A stretch of DNA of 64,000 bases from assembly GCA_037447605.1 (NCBI GenBank), contig CM074805.1, positions 1-64,000 of the forward strand, given 5' to 3'. Below the pieces are notes generated by a model. That model searched no databases and was not told the DNA's origin. It saw nothing but the letters and a program-made list of their open reading frames with translations. This document shows positions 47,293 through 61,038 of the stretch, piece after piece. Position numbers and translations under genes: made by a program. Every line of letters begins with the position of its first letter. Position 1 is the first letter of the stretch. Origin of the DNA: Zygnema circumcarinatum SAG 698-1b. Taxonomy: Eukaryota; Plantae; Zygnematophyceae.

Positions 47293-50200
47293 ATGGCGGG
47301 AGGGCGCGAGGCGGAGCTGCGGGCGCGGCTGCTGGACCCCGCGTTGCCCATAGCGCGCCGCTTCCGCGCGCTCTTTGCGCTGCGCAACCTGCCCGGACCT
47401 GCTGCGCGCCACGCACTCGTCGCGGGTGCGCCCCTATGCTGATACTGCTGCTGCTTGGTCTCCCTGCCTTGGTTTTGCATGTCAACAGCACGATGCCTTC
47501 AGGATTATCAGTTGTTCCTGGCGAACTGGAGAATTTCTTTGTCCCAGTCCTCACCTTGCAATGCTTCCTATGAAATGACGAATCACTTTATTTATGAGTG
47601 GATCCAATATTCTCCGTCCTTTGACAGACGTGTAATAAAGAAAACATAGGTACGTATCTTGTCTGGCTTGTAGACCTTGAACCATGTAGTTGGACTAGGC
47701 ATAGGAAAATTCCCATGAGCATCGCGCTGTAACGCCCTGACTCCGCCCCCGCCGCCGACTTTGTTCGGACGCACTCCGACCTGTAACTGGGCTGGAAACC
47801 GACGATTTTGGCCTCCATGTTGAACTGCTTCTGGTTTACTTTTGGGCAATCCACGAAAGGGCAACAGCGACTGTTGATGCCATTCACATAACACATAGGA
47901 TAGCACTCGGGGTTGACCCATCTCATTCTCCTTTCTTCCCAACACCAGATGCGTTTCTTTGCGCATGAATTTGTGCTTATGGCTGGTTCTTCTAAGCTTA
48001 CAGTACCTCTCTGCTCGTGGTTTGAATCACCTCGTGTTGTTAGTCCTCAATTGAAACACCACTGGGGTTCGAGAGACCACCTTCCATGTCAATGAATTTC
48101 TCTTGATATATGCTAATTCAGTTGAAACGGTTAAGAGTACTTGTTATCCTTCAACCTCAACTCATGACAAATCTGGAGAGAAATTTAAATTAGGTTGCCA
48201 TCCCTGGAAAGTAATCCATTTCGGTTGATCCACACCGTTATGTTAGTCACATGAATCGAGTTAATTCTGGCTCTGCGTTCAGAGATGGCGCAAATTAATT
48301 TTCCAGCATCCTTGGTTTTCTTTTAAAGTAATGTTATTCCCACACAATTGAAGGTTTAGTGGGTTGCCTGACAGCTCAAAGCCCACGAGCACCACTCAAG
48401 TTTTTGTCAGAGCAGTTCTGCTTGTTCTGAACTGCTTTTCTTCCTGTTCTTTTGTTCGTTTAATCTATCTTTGCGGGTTTAAGAAAGCTGATTAATTCTC
48501 GATACACGAATCAAAGCAATCGGCCTTGTAGGTGAAAATCTCTTCTTTGACTTGAATTTGAAGCCTGCAATCAAGTACACTTGTTGATTTTCTAGCTGCT
48601 TATTTCGGATGATGCGTGTCCAAACGGGCACCAATTTCGTTGTGGAGGATGTTAATGCGGTATACCTTGGAAAGGAAAGTTAAAGTCTTTGTAGTGAAGA
48701 AGTAGAGAGCTAAAGCGAGAACTATACGTACTGCATTCTCTTTCGAATGACGACGGTCACCTTTTCACATTGTGGGTTTCAAATTGTGCCGATTGTCTCT
48801 ATCGGTGTCCCCCGTGGTCTGGATCACTTGTGTACGCTCTTTTTCTTTCCTCGTTAAACATGAGTCTCGCTTGATCTCACTATTTCCTTTGAAGGTTCAA
48901 TCGCACCCCCTATTTGTTATGCAGCGATGCAGGACCCCTCATGTCTGTTAGCACACGAAGCCGCTTTTGCCCTGGGCCAAATGCAGGACCCAGCGGCAGT
49001 TCCCGAGCTGCGCGACATTCTGCAGGATTCCAGATGCCACCCTATGCTACGTCACGAGGTGCTTAAACGTTTTCCTATCTCAATGCAATGCGGTGTGATG
49101 TGTGATGCTTTCATTGCCCTTGGCTTACCTTTCAGCATGGCACTGCGCTGTTAGTTGCTCCCTTGCCTATCAACCCTGAAGTTAGGCTTTAGAATGGTGT
49201 TGGTCCTCACATGGGTTGTTTGACTGGCTCGTGAAACCCGTAAACAGGCACCACTAGCTCATCTACTGTGATGTGGGCAAGGTAGCTCATTGCTGCATTG
49301 CTCAACGCTTGAACTTCCGCTGCCCTTCTGATTAGAAATGGTTAGCAATCTCTCGTCCTTTTGTTTAATGAAATGACGTCGGCCTCTGGTCTCTGCCAAT
49401 GTTTCTGCAAACGCCGTCCTTGGATTATTCCTGGCTTGCAACGACATCGTGTTCCTTTGCTTGGGATTCACCATGTGCTGACTGTTGTATTGTACATGAT
49501 GATCTTCTGGATGGTGGCGGCTTTTCGTTTGGTCGATGGGACAAGCTCCTTTTTTGCTGCATGTTTCTCTATGTGATCGTCCTTCCCATTTAAATTGGAG
49601 AGCTCCTGTCTTGCTCCGTGTGAACATGACAGCCCTGGCCGGTTTTCTCTGATTTACTTTACTTTCTTGAAGGGACAGTGTTCCTCACTCCCGGGAAGAG
49701 AATAAAGGTGAATGCTGAATACACCTTGCCTGAGTGGGCTGCCCACTTGCCACTTCCCGTAACTCTGGGTAGTGCTGACTGTCTTAAGGGGCCAGGCAGC
49801 AGAAGCTCTGGCAGCCCTCGGCAGCCAGCAAAGCGACAAACTGCTACAGGAGGGGCTGCGAGACTCGGCCCCCGAAGTGCGTGAGACGTGCGAGCTCGCG
49901 CTGTGCCGGCTGCGGGAGGAGGGGAAGGAGAGGGGGAGGGGCAGCGAGCAGCGCGGGGAGGACTCCGTGTTCCGGTCGGTCGATCCTGCATACGCCGCCC
50001 CCGGCAGCGCCCGCACTGAACAGCTCAGGTGCGCACTTCTGATTTCTATGTCGCCGTATATCGTTGTCGCCAGTACTTCTATTGCTTCTTTGGTGTCAAG
50101 GTGCAATCTGACACGTCGGGTGTGCCTGGGAAAGGCGCTATACTCACCTGCGACGTGGGAGGGGAGTGTGGCGAGGCGACAGGGAGCAGCTATTGGATGA

Positions 50201-51139
50201 GGAGGTACAAATATATGACAGATATTCAGCTCTATTTGCGCTTCGCAATCGTGGTACTGCAGATGCCGTTGATGCCATAGTGGCTGCCTTGAAGGCGAAG
50301 AGTGCGCTTCTGCGGCATGAGGTGAAGAAATCTCCCTGGCCGCTCGTTGTGCCCTATCCTCTTTTTCTGTGTGTGGCGGCTGCGCCTTGCAATTGTCGTG
50401 ACGGCGTGTGCTCCCTTGCAGGTGGCCTATGTGCTGGGGCAGCTGCAGGACAGGCGGGCCGCGGCAGCACTCGCTGGCCTGCTTGCGCAGCCGCACGAGC
50501 ATCCGATGGTCCGACACGAGGCAGCAGAGGCGCTTGGTTCAATAGCAGGTGCAGAGGACATGCTCAACAAGACTGTGTAGAGTCTCTGCTCTTGGCTGTA
50601 TCTCCTCTATTATACCTGATGCAGTGGAAAGGTACCTGAGTCAGAGCGTGTCCTCGATATTGCTGAATATCTGGTCAAAGAGTTCTCCCACTAAGCAGCC
50701 GTTTTGATGAGGGCCGTGCAGATCCTGAGAGCGTGGCTCTGCTGGAGGAGTACCAGAATGACCCTGAACCCATCGTTGCTGAGAGCTGCCAGGTGGCGCT
50801 GGACATGCTGGCCTTTGAGCTGCAGGATGACGCCTTCCAAGTAACACCCTTTCGATTCCGACCTTCCTGTTTCCCAGTACCGCAATATTTCTTGCATTAT
50901 CCACTCACTGAAAATGGCAGGTTCTTAGATGAATGCCCGGTTGGATGACAGTTAGGAGACTCCCTGGCAGTCTGGTCGTGCATGATGCATGGAGGCACCA
51001 CGGATGTCAATAGCGACCAGTGTGCACCAGTCCAGTCGAATGCCTTCCCAGTACCCCCTGAAGCAGGTCCAACCAGCCACACTCACCATGGGCTGGCAGG
51101 GCGGCTCTGCAGTACGCAGACGTGGTGGGGGCGGCGTGA
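47293..51139 (+). CDS. DOHH: Deoxyhypusine hydroxylase (HEAT-repeat di-iron enzyme)
   Basis: [11 protein letters not shown]; four His-Glu motifs ([55 protein letters not shown]); [11 protein letters not shown]; [14 protein letters not shown]; last exon YADVVGAA*. Confidence 0.95.
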
Positions 51140-51878
51140 TGAGTGAGTCTCAGCCTCCGACGAGACGGCTCGTGAAGCACCGGCCACCAGGTGGCCCTAC
51201 CTGCCTGCCTCCCTGCTTGCCTGCCTACCTGCAGTGGTCGCGCATTGGACCGTGGCTTGTGCCTTCACTGCATTTCGTGCGTCACCTCGACGTCGGTCAG
51301 CCTGTCTACTAGGTCGTAGACGGATCAGGATCACTCGAGAGTTACATGCCGAGAAATCGTTTTTGTCATAGTTTATTAGACTTTTTCGTTTTTGCTTTTC
51401 CTACGATGAACATTTTAGCACTACAGGTTGCTTTTCATACCTTCCTACTTGGCCATTGAAATGTTAGCATTGAAACGCTATCGGCATCTATTGTAAGTTT
51501 GTGACAAACGGAGGATCTACTCCGTTGGTTTAATAGTACTCGGAAATTGGACTGCACCTTCACACAACCATATTACTCGCAATTGAAAATTCCTGATTTT
51601 TTCTAAGCACCTGCTTCTTTTTCATGTTCAACTTGGAGCACATCAAGTGGGCACGAGCGCATTGTGCCAAACTATTTGCCCACTGTTAAATGTGAGTAGC
51701 TACAATGATCACAATGCTGCCCACCGTTAACTTGTAAGAAGTTACAATCATCACAAATTGTATGAAGTGTTGAGATTACATGCGTGGCTACCAGTATAAA
51801 AATTCACAATTCAGCAGTTCCTCAGTCCTTATTACTAGCCGAGAGGACGGCACTGTATACAAGACGTGACCCGCCATA

Positions 51879-54694
51879 TCAATAGCCTCCCATCTGGCCA
51901 GATCGTTCCCGGAGGCGATCGAAGCGGGCGGCGAGGTCATCAATGGCAGGGAGCCCCAACGATCCTTGGGAGCCCAGATCGGTCCTCGGGGCTTCTGGAG
52001 TGCCGCTGTCTCTCCCTGCACCAGCAAGCACGAAGAGACAGTTCCGACCCCAAGTCCCGAAGTTATCAACATTTACCGTCCAATAAATACAACTTCGCCG
52101 TTTCACCCAATACTCATCATTCGAGCACTATGACGGTTTTAATCATGCGCGCAAGGCACCCACACCTCTTGCCACTGTTCTCCCTGCATGCAAACCGGTA
52201 AATCTGTACACTGCCGACACACACGACCCCCCCATCGATGCGCACTGTTCATCTCCTTATCCCTGCAGCCCTGTACACTGATCTTTGCAGGCCAACCCAT
52301 GGACGACCCAGCTCAAATTCCTCTACAACATCCACAGGAAGAGAAGCAGCAAGAATGACTAGCATACAGCACATGGCCATTCATAAGGAGATGGAAGTGG
52401 CGTCTACCTCCATAACCAGGGGGATTTGGAAGATCCACATCACCATCATCTTCTCGACTTCGATTGACTCCTTCATCTGCTTTATCGACATAGTCATCGA
52501 ACGTGCTACCAGTAGCAAACCCTGTCGCAGCTGACGGAGCGTCTTGGTTATTCCCTCCAACCATTCCATAACGGCCCACAGCCATAAACTGAGCCTGATT
52601 TCCACCCCCTCCACCCCCGCGAGAACTGCCAAAAAAGCCACCGCCTTTGCTGCCTGTACTCTCTTTTGAAGGTGGAGGGCCATATGCATCGTCTGGAGAT
52701 GATGCGCTCTTAGAAGGTTTTACTGGAGTCAGATCTTCATGATCTGCTCCTGACGTAGCAGCTTCCCCGGAATAATCTTTACCATCCGATGCTGCCAGAC
52801 CAGCAGCAGATAAGGCAGCGTCAGCTGCTCGCTGTGCCGCAGCCCGTGCACGATCTGCAGCATCTCTAATAGACGCCATTTTCCTCTCTCTGTCTTCATC
52901 TTGCTGACGCATCTGTATTTTCGTCATGCCGTCATCTTGCTCATGCTCTTCTCGTCCACTTGAAGGTGGAGGAATGCTTGGAGACCCCCATCCTTGTGAG
53001 TAGGAAGCGCCGGGATAGCCCACGTGGGTACTTGGTGGGGGCACAGCAGGTGAAAGTTTCGGCCCAGCAAAACGGTCATCCATGGCTTCAGGGTCCACCC
53101 ACTTGCGCGAGATTGGCGGGGCTGTAGCCACGGGCGCGTACAGCGGCTCCATGACAAGCGGACCCGGCCCGCGAGGCCCGTCGGCCCCGTCCCTGCCATT
53201 GGGCATCGGAACTGGCATCGGCTCTTCGTACCTCAGGGGTGCCGCGTCCTGCTCTCGCCACCCCCCCCCCAAATCCCCCCAGCCGCCACGGATGTGGTCA
53301 GTTCCGGATTTTTCAACCTCCAGTGACAACTGCTGACACCGTTGACCACAGAAACGTGATGAACGGTCGACTGCAGGCACCATATCCATGTAAAGCCACA
53401 AAGTTAACTGCCACATGTGCATTATTTGCGTACCAGCAGGTCATCATGTGGTTTATGGAGAAGTTGCTCTTCTGAGGAGGAAGGATCCCAATTTATGCCG
53501 CTCTCCAACGCTATTTCTTTCAACAGCGTAAGCTTAGCCTCACCGGATGGCGCTCGCACAGAAAGTTTCTCAATGATCTGCCCCAAAAGGTAAAGACCAA
53601 CATAGTTAAGAAGATACTTACCGTACTCGGCAGTGGATAACCATACAGCGCAACAACGCTCTCAGAAGACGACAATAATGCAATCAAGAGCTCTTTTTAA
53701 AATCAGCCAGGACTCGAGCTGTCACGGCTCACAATGCGATTGACTCCACATCCCGGTCGAAGCTCCTCCGCAGCCGCAATGAACTCCTTGCCGTATTTGG
53801 CCTGGAAAAGTTGCTTGGCCTGCAGAAGCTCGGGGAGGTCAGCGCAGCGTGGGGCAGCGAAAATAATGCTCGATATAGCCTCGCGCAGGTCTGCCGGGCA
53901 CTCCCTGCAATTCCGATTTCGACCAGCACTACAATTACGATAACTCTACGACGAAGGAAAAAGATGCTGGCATCCGTCACTCTTTCGCAAAGGATTCAGG
54001 AAATAGAACACCCCCTCTATCAGTCCACCCTATCCAGTAAGGCACTCCGACTTTAATCCGCAGGCTCCTAGAAATGTCAGCGTACTTCTGAGATTCAACG
54101 ATGGGCAGACGCACAACCACCAGCTCACAAAACAACTCCAACACGTCATAAGCGGCCAGAATGTTCTGCTCGCGCATTATATGCTCCACCTGCAAACAGA
54201 CCATCCCCGACAGCGACTTATTGCCAACCCACTGCAGCAGCCACAGGGAACAAAGAAAAATTCTGACTAAAGAAAATATGTCATCAATTAAGGTCTTGTT
54301 GCATTCCAAGCTGTATGCAGAAGTCGGCCCTTCGTGGCAAAAATTAAAAAGGCAAAAATGGCCTATCCCGGGACATGCTTACACGAATGCGAGCGCTGGC
54401 ATCGTGGCCGGAGGTCAACAGGCCCGCCATTTCTCGGCGCATGCTGCGAAGTCCATTTTCTCGTTTGTTCCGCAGGAGCTTTATCCGCGCTTCCGCCAAG
54501 CGCAGGAGAGTCTTGCTGCGCAGAGCGACCGGCACAGTGACAGCTCGAGCGCGTGAGCCCCCACATCTTCGGCGGCAGCAGCAGCAGTAGCAGCAGCAGA
54601 AGCAGCAGTAGCAGCAGCAGAAGCAGCAGTAGCAGCAGCAGCAGTAGCAGCAGCAACCTCACCACTTGGCAGCCTTGAAGCTCGACCCGAACAT
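51879..54694 (-). CDS. IST1-like ESCRT-III associated protein (regulator of Vps4)
   Basis: MFGSSFKAAKC|KTLLRLAEARIKLLRNKRE..ARIRVEHIMREQNILAAYDVLELFCEL..DLREAISSIIFAAPRCADLPEL..KYGKEF..EKLSVRAPS..LLKEIA; low-complexity C-terminus ending in the MIM-like DDLAARFDRLR. Confidence 0.92.
54575..54656. repeat. (CAG/TAG)n-type trinucleotide microsatellite in IST1-like intron 1
   Basis: Interrupted AGC/AGT repeats read directly, next to the intron donor. Confidence 0.9.
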
Positions 54695-55072
54695 GGCGCC
54701 TCCGCTCCTTCCGCTCCGGTCAGGTCAGGTGAGGTCAGCTGCCCTCGTTTCCCTTCGTCTCCTCCACGCGCGGACGGCAGTCACGGGACACACGCCACGA
54801 CACCACGCGACGCGACGCGGGCCTTTCAAGCCCCTGCGCCTGCGCCGTACCGTACCGTACCGTACGGTACACGCCACCGTCCCACCCGCGCCACCCCAAC
54901 CAAACAGGGCCAGGGCGAGGGTCAGGGCCAGGGCGAGGGCGAGGGCGAGGGCGAGGGCGAGGGCGAGGGCAAGGGCAAAGGCAAGGTCTCCCCTCTCGCC
55001 CCGAGAGGAGGGGAGAGGAGGGCGAGCAGGCCGCCATAGCCGGCCCAGGCCCAGGCTCAGGCCCAGCCCGCC
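54695..55072. promoter_or_regulatory. Divergent promoter (IST1-like/methyltransferase) with (CGTAC)n cluster
   Basis: 378 bp between the ATGs; GTAC at 54847, 54852, 54857, 54862 and 54867. Confidence 0.7.
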
Positions 55073-58000
55073 ATGCTGCGAGACCGGCAGCCGTCCGCCC
55101 CCGCCCCCGCCCCCGCCCCCGCTCCCGCTCCCCCTCCCCCTCCGGGGCGCAGCTACGACTCGGAGGCCGTGGTGCTGCCCACGTGGCGCTGGGACGCGCG
55201 CGACCCCTGGTATGGCGGCCGCGCGCCCTCCGCCCTCCTCCGCCGCAAGCGCGGGGCCCTCCGCGGCGGCCCCCCGCCGCCCGGCCCACCCTCCGCCTGC
55301 GACCTCGCGCTGCTCGCGGCCGCGCTCGTGCTACTGCTCGCGCTGCGCGACCAGGCCTACCACGGCTGCGACGTGCGCCCCGCCGACCTCGCCTGGCTCA
55401 GGTTGGTCGCAACCCCTTCCTCTGCCTCCCCTCCCCTCCCCTCCACCCGTAGCCCGCTCAGAGAGGCGAACGCCCCACCAAGCCTTAATCTACATTCGAG
55501 AATGTAGATTAAGGCCAGAACGGCCAACGGCGGACCACGAACAAGTTTGTTCCATAGAAGGGAAGCTTTATCTCATGTTGTAAGCGGAATTTGTGAGCGT
55601 TGAGGACTTCAGTGCGAACTTAGCGCAACATCCTTCAATTCTGATGTAGCCTGTCTGGATCGCCTACCCGCTTGCCTGCCTCCCTGCGCCTGTGATGCTG
55701 TGGTTAGTTGATGAGTGCTGCCGGACGAATTTAGAAACAGAAGAGAGGTGATTTAGCTTCAAAAATTGAGAGATGGACATCGTCTTGTTTTGAACGATGA
55801 CGAGATAATGTATCTCCATGATTCACACCACGTGCTCTCATTTTGTTCTCGTGATGCGCCTGGCACACCAGTGAATGGTCAGCCTACATCCTCGCATAAT
55901 TTTGCAAAGTAACGTTTTTATCCGCTTTCTACAGAGGGGGGCCGGCACATAGAGGCTTCTACTCTCACATCTATCCTATTGTTTCAAGTTTGTTGACCAA
56001 GTCTTCGTTACAGTGGACGTTCGCTACGAATTGTTCTCAGATTGCAATGTCCGCCAAAACTTTCGTAACTTGATTTCAACTGCAAAGACTGAGAAACGTT
56101 GTGTTGGACCTGATGAGTTGCCCTTCGGTTACGCGGTGTCTTAGACCTGTACTATTGAAGCCGCTGCAGATAAATAGCATTTAACCATTCCTTTTAGCGG
56201 AACTTTCTCTCTTCTTTGCTACTCAAGGATCAAGAATTGATTGGCACAGTCTGTTGCCAGTTGCATTTGAATGTTAGCTCGTTTTCAGGTTGAAGCACTA
56301 CATGAAATGCACTGAAAGGTGCCTGATGTAAAGTGAACAATTCCGTACCCTGCACGTTTATTCTCCGTGTTCCAGAATCGGTCCAAACAGATTTTCCATG
56401 TACACTGTTTAGTCCACATCTGTTGTATGTTGTCTTGTGTCTTATCCCAGGTTAAAAAAAAAAAAAAAAAAATTCATGTCCTGCGTGCGGTGATGTTCAA
56501 TCAAGCAATTCGTATAGACTATATTCCTGGCCTTCACGAAGGCTGAATACCGGGTCCCGGATACTTCATTGCCCCGGCTTGTGATTGCCATCAAGCTTTT
56601 CGGATTAGTAGTTTCAGTTGAGGGTTTTAATAATGAACGTCGCCCTCTGACATTTGGAGAACAAACTTGCAGAGATGTGAGAGTAAACCACAGCCAGCAA
56701 CTTTGGAGAGAGCCTCCGAATTCTCCTTGTTTGGAGAGGATGCAGGTCCACACTCAAACCACAAGCACATCCCCTCCACGGTCTCGCGTCTCTGGTCTTG
56801 CATGCTGTTTGCGACGGAACAGGCTACCTTGTTGAACTTGTCACCTCCCTAGCGATGATCCATGTGCCACATGACCACATAAGGTCGCGCTGGCTTTCTT
56901 AGGTGCGACTGCACTCCTTTCCTTGGATTTAAGTTATCAGTGACTCTTTCACTTAATGACATTTCAACGACTCGATTTTTATTGATGTTATTGAGGGTTT
57001 GGGTCAATGTAGGCGCTCCTTCATGCTCTGCGAAGCGAATATAGCAGAACTCAAGAAGCAGACAAGGTGCGGTTTTTGGTTACTGCTGCTCCTCTTCATT
57101 GCACCCGTTGTGCCATGCAACGCATCTGATCCCCTTCATCTGACGCCCTCATCCATGTTGCCTTTGTCAGAGGAAAGCTCTGGTCCAAGTGGTCGACTTG
57201 CAATGCATCGGCATCTTCCCTTGGTGCTTACTTCAACTTCACCTCGCGAGCCAAGTGCCCAGACACACCAGCAGTTGCCGAAGGCTTGCGTTTTCGTGAC
57301 AGCTGTCACGAGCTCCCAAGTCGGAACTGCCGTGCGCAGCGTCCGCCGGCCTTTGTGGAGCCACCGCCGTATCCAGAAGCCAAGTGGCGACTACCGGATG
57401 ATCGCAACGTGCTCTGGACAGACCACAAGTGCAAAGGGTACCGGTGCCTCGCAGACTCGGGGCCAAAAGGCTGCCCTTCCTGCTTCAACCTTACTGGGGT
57501 GAGCTGAGCATGTGCGATAAATGACGTCAAACTTGAGAGCCCATTTTGAAGTTTCTACTGAACCTGCCTTCCGTACACAACACGGCATGGCTGAAAAAAG
57601 TTTTATGCCGAACTGCACACGAGATTTCGTTTGTTTAAAATGTCTCTTTTCATTGTTTCTTGCTCAGTGAAGCAGTCCGCAAAGGCCGGGACTAGCTAGC
57701 ATTGCCGTGTGTGTATGCATAATCACCATGAGCTATCCAACCGGTCCCTCACTTTAGTGCATAGTGATTCTATTTCGTTTGTCTCGAGCTCTCAGCTATC
57801 TGTACATGCATGCACATTGAACAGACGCTGACCCTGGTGCCATGCTCTGGGCTGCAGGAGAAACACCTGCAGGATGAGCAGTTACTACTCAGTATTGATA
57901 GTGTGTTGTCCCTAAAGGCTCCCGGGCACATCCGCATCGGTCTCGACGTGGCTGGAGGAGCGGGGGGCTTTGCAGCCGCATTGGCAGAGAGAGGAGTGGT

Positions 58001-58645
58001 AATTCTGAGCATGAGTGAAAATGCAGGTAGGAATGATTTGGCATTCCCCTGACCCTTGGCCTGATCAGCTGCAGAGAGTTAAAATTCACTTTCCGTTGAC
58101 TAGAATGCGGACATCGTGACAATACAAGGACATGGGGAGGGCCGGTACAAAAGGATAATTCACCTCTAAACTCGGTCTAGATAGAGTAGTTAGTAGACAT
58201 GTCTTTCACTCATTCGCTCATGCGGGAGGGATTTATTGTGGCAGGGGCTCCTTTTATGGAGACGATTTCTTCGAGGGGTCTGCCTGGGCTACATCTTCCG
58301 ATGACTGCACGCCTGCCATTTTTTGACGGCACACTTGATCTGCTCCACTGGATGGTTTCTATGCCGAGCAGGATGCCCTCACTAGACGACTTTGAGCTGT
58401 TGCTGTTTGAGTGGGACCGAGTGCTGCGGCCTGGTGGCTTGCTGTGGCTGGATAAGCTGAGGTGTCGCAGGGGATCGCTGCAAAATTTGAAAGACACGAT
58501 GAATATTTTAGGATACAAGATGCGCATCTGGAATGCTACAGCACGCCACTCCTTCGCTCCACGAACTTTTGTTGTGTCCACAGTCTTAGAAAAGCCTCTG
58601 GTTAAAAAAAGGAAGTCTGTGAAGCCGTTGGCAACCATGACTTGA
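55073..58645 (+). CDS. Type II membrane SAM-dependent methyltransferase (plant At1g29790-like family)
   Basis: N-terminal TM DLALLAAALVLLLAL; CHELPSRNC; DDRNVLWTDHKCKGYRCL; IRIGLDVAGGAGGFAA (SAM motif I); RLPFFDGTLDLLH; FEWDRVLRPGGLLWLD; stop at 58645. Middle exons not fully resolved. Confidence 0.88.
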
Positions 58646-58774
58646 AATTGAATATAACTTGTGTCTAGGACCACTGGCTTAGAGCAGGTTGTAGTCTGTA
58701 TGAAACTAACTTGTTTGCACTCTCTAGTGTCCTCTTTTCATATTTCATGTATGTAATGGCCGTAGCTCCTGGCG

Positions 58775-59850
58775 TCCAGCTTCCAGCTTCCAGCTTCCAG
58801 CCTCCAGCTTCCAGCTTCCAGCTTCCAGCCTCCAGCTTCCAGCTTCCAGCTTCCAGCTTCCAGCTTCCAGCTTCCAGCTTCCAGCTTCCAGCCTCCAGCT
58901 TCCAGCTTCCAGCTTCCAGCCTCCAGCTTCCAGCTTCCAGCTTCCAGCTTCCAGCTTCCAGCTTCCAGCTTCCAGCTTCCAGCTTCCAGCTTCCAGCTTC
59001 CAGCTTCCAGCTTCCAGCTTCCAGCTTCCAGCTTCCAGCTTCCAGCTTCCAGCTTCCAGCTTCCAGCTTCCAGCTTCCAGCTTCCAGCTTCCAGCTTCCA
59101 GCTTCCAGCTTCCAGCCTCCAGCTTCCAGCTTCCAGCTTCCAGCCTCCAGCTTCCAGCTTCCAGCTTCCAGCTCCAGCCCAGCCCAGCTTCCAGCTCCAG
59201 CTTCCAGCGCTTCCAGCCAGCTTCCAGCGCCCAGCTTCCAGCTTCCAGCTTCCAGCTTCCAGCGCTTCCAGCTTCCAAGCTTCCAGCTTCCAGCCTCCAG
59301 CTTCCAGCCTCCAGCTTCCAGCTTCCAGCTTCCAGCCTCCAGCTTCCAGCTTCCAGCTTCCAGCCAGCTTCCAGCCTCCAGCTGCCAGCTTCCAGCTTCC
59401 AGCCTCCAGCTTCCAGCCTCCAGCTTCCAGCTTCCAGCTTCCAGCTTCCAGCTTCCAGCTTCCAGCTTCCAGCTTCCAGCCTCCAGCTTCCAGCTTCCAG
59501 CTTCCAGCCTCCAGCTTCCAGCTTCCAGCTTCCAGCTTCCAGCTTCCAGCCTCCAGCTTCCAGCTTCCAGCTTCCAGCCTCCAGCTTCCAGCTTCCAGCT
59601 TCCAGCTTCCAGCTTCCAGCTTCCAGCTTCCAGCTTCCAGCTTCCAGCTTCCAGCTTCCAGCTTCCAGCTTCCAGCTTCCAGCTTCCAGCTTCCAGCTTC
59701 CAGCTTCCAGCTTCCAGCTTCCAGCTTCCAGCTTCCAGCTTCCAGCTTCCAGCTTCCAGCTTCCAGCCTCCAGCTTCCAGCTTCCAGCTTCCAGCTTCCA
59801 GCTTCCAGCTTCCAGCTTCCAGCTTCCAGCCTCCAGCTTCCAGCTTCCAG
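58775..59850. repeat. (CCAGCTT)n heptamer satellite, ~150 units
   Basis: Read directly, with a recurrent CCAGCCT variant and a degenerate core at about 59165-59400. Confidence 0.98.
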
Positions 59851-60042
59851 CGTCCTCAAAACCTAGGGGTTTTACCGCAGTCTCCCCAGAGTACGTTACG
59901 GTGGTCGTTTTGGTACCATCGCATCGGATGGATGGATGGAACGTTTTCCTTCAGCACACGGTATAGACGCCCCGCCCCGCGCCCCGCCCCGCCCCGCGGT
60001 AACGGTAGCGGTAGCGGCGAGCCCGTTTTCGTGCGATTGTTG

Positions 60043-60320
60043 CACAGGTCGGGCCATTGGATCGGCAACCATTGGCTGGCAATGGTTGGACAACCCGATG
60101 GTTGGCAACCATTCGAATGGTTGCTTCGGTCCGGCGCCAAGGGTTCTGAACCGTTCGAATGATTGCCAACCGTTGGATTCAATGGTTCCCGACCATTCGA
60201 ATGGTTGGCAACCATTAGCAACCATTAGCAACCATTAGCAACCAATGGTTCCGAACCATTCGAATGGTTGTTTTGGTCCGGCGCCAATGGTTGGCAACTA
60301 TTCGAATGGTCCGACCTGTG
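60043..60320. mobile_element. MITE-like element copy C with both terminal inverted repeats
   Basis: Left CACAGGTCGGGCCATT and right AATGGTCCGACCTGTG form a 16-bp TIR with 1 mismatch. Internal palindromes at 60105-60124 and 60254-60269. Confidence 0.75.
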
Positions 60321-60596
60321 CATTGCGCCATCCCTCGTACGGTCCAGTCCCAGCGCCGCCCCCGCCCCCGCACCCGCCCGGGCCCGGGCCGGCGCTTTTT
60401 GGGCCGTGGCTCCGGCTCCTCCGACCGGAGGATAAGGCAAGGAATGCGCGCGCAACTCTCTGCGAGTCGAGGGGCTGCGCGGGAAGCCAAGCCCGTCCTA
60501 CGCCTCCTCGCTTTTTCCTACTTCTCACTTTCTTGCCCTCTCTCTCCTTCAATTGCCCTCTACTCTCTCCTTCCCCTGCAGCCCTCGCAGGCGGCT

Positions 60597-60909
60597 ATGG
60601 CGGCAGCTCAAGCCGCTGCTCTTGCAGCCATGGAGGCTACCGCCTGCAGCTGCGCAGCTTTTCCCCCCTCCTCGCCAGCGCGCCGCCCCTCTCCCTCCCG
60701 CCTGCGCGTCTCGCCCCTCTCCCGCCGCCTCCCTGCTGCTGCGGTATTGCCTCCCTCCCTCTCTTCCTTTCCCCCTCGTCTCTCCCCTCCATTCTCCGCA
60801 CCTGCCTCTACAGATCGCTCCTTCTGCTCCTCGGCCTTAAACTGCGCAGCACGTTTGCATGCGCGCCCGGCTCCAGAGGTGCTGCGGTTATGTGGTGTGC
60901 GAGTGTTTG
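60597..60909 (+). CDS. Probable first exon of a plastid-targeted protein, interrupted by an assembly gap
   Basis: MAAAQAAALAAMEATACSCAAFPPSSPARRPSPSRLRVSPLSRR.. is Ser/Ala/Arg/Pro-rich with almost no acidic residues. It lies in a GC-rich island like the other first exons, and Ns begin at 60910. Confidence 0.45.
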
Positions 60910-61038
60910 NNNNNNNNNNNNNNNNNNNNNNNNNNNNNNNNNNNNNNNNNNNNNNNNNNNNNNNNNNNNNNNNNNNNNNNNNNNNNNNNNNNNNNNNNNN
61001 NNNNNNNNNANNNNNNNNNNNNNNNNNNNNNNNNNNNN
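60910..61038. other. Assembly gap (other 10-N gaps at 337-346, 919-928, 16942-16951, 18325-18334, 26159-26168)
   Basis: N runs in the sequence; one isolated A at 61010 inside this gap. Confidence 1.

Noticed and set aside
47588-47966. Antisense ORFs of 112 and 124 aa in DOHH intron 1
   Set aside because: No recognisable domain or splice context; this length is expected by chance.
58711-60162. 483-aa, 373-aa and 177-aa ORFs (PASSFQL / LEAGSWK repeats)
   Set aside because: These are translations of a stop-free 7-bp satellite, with no coding signature.
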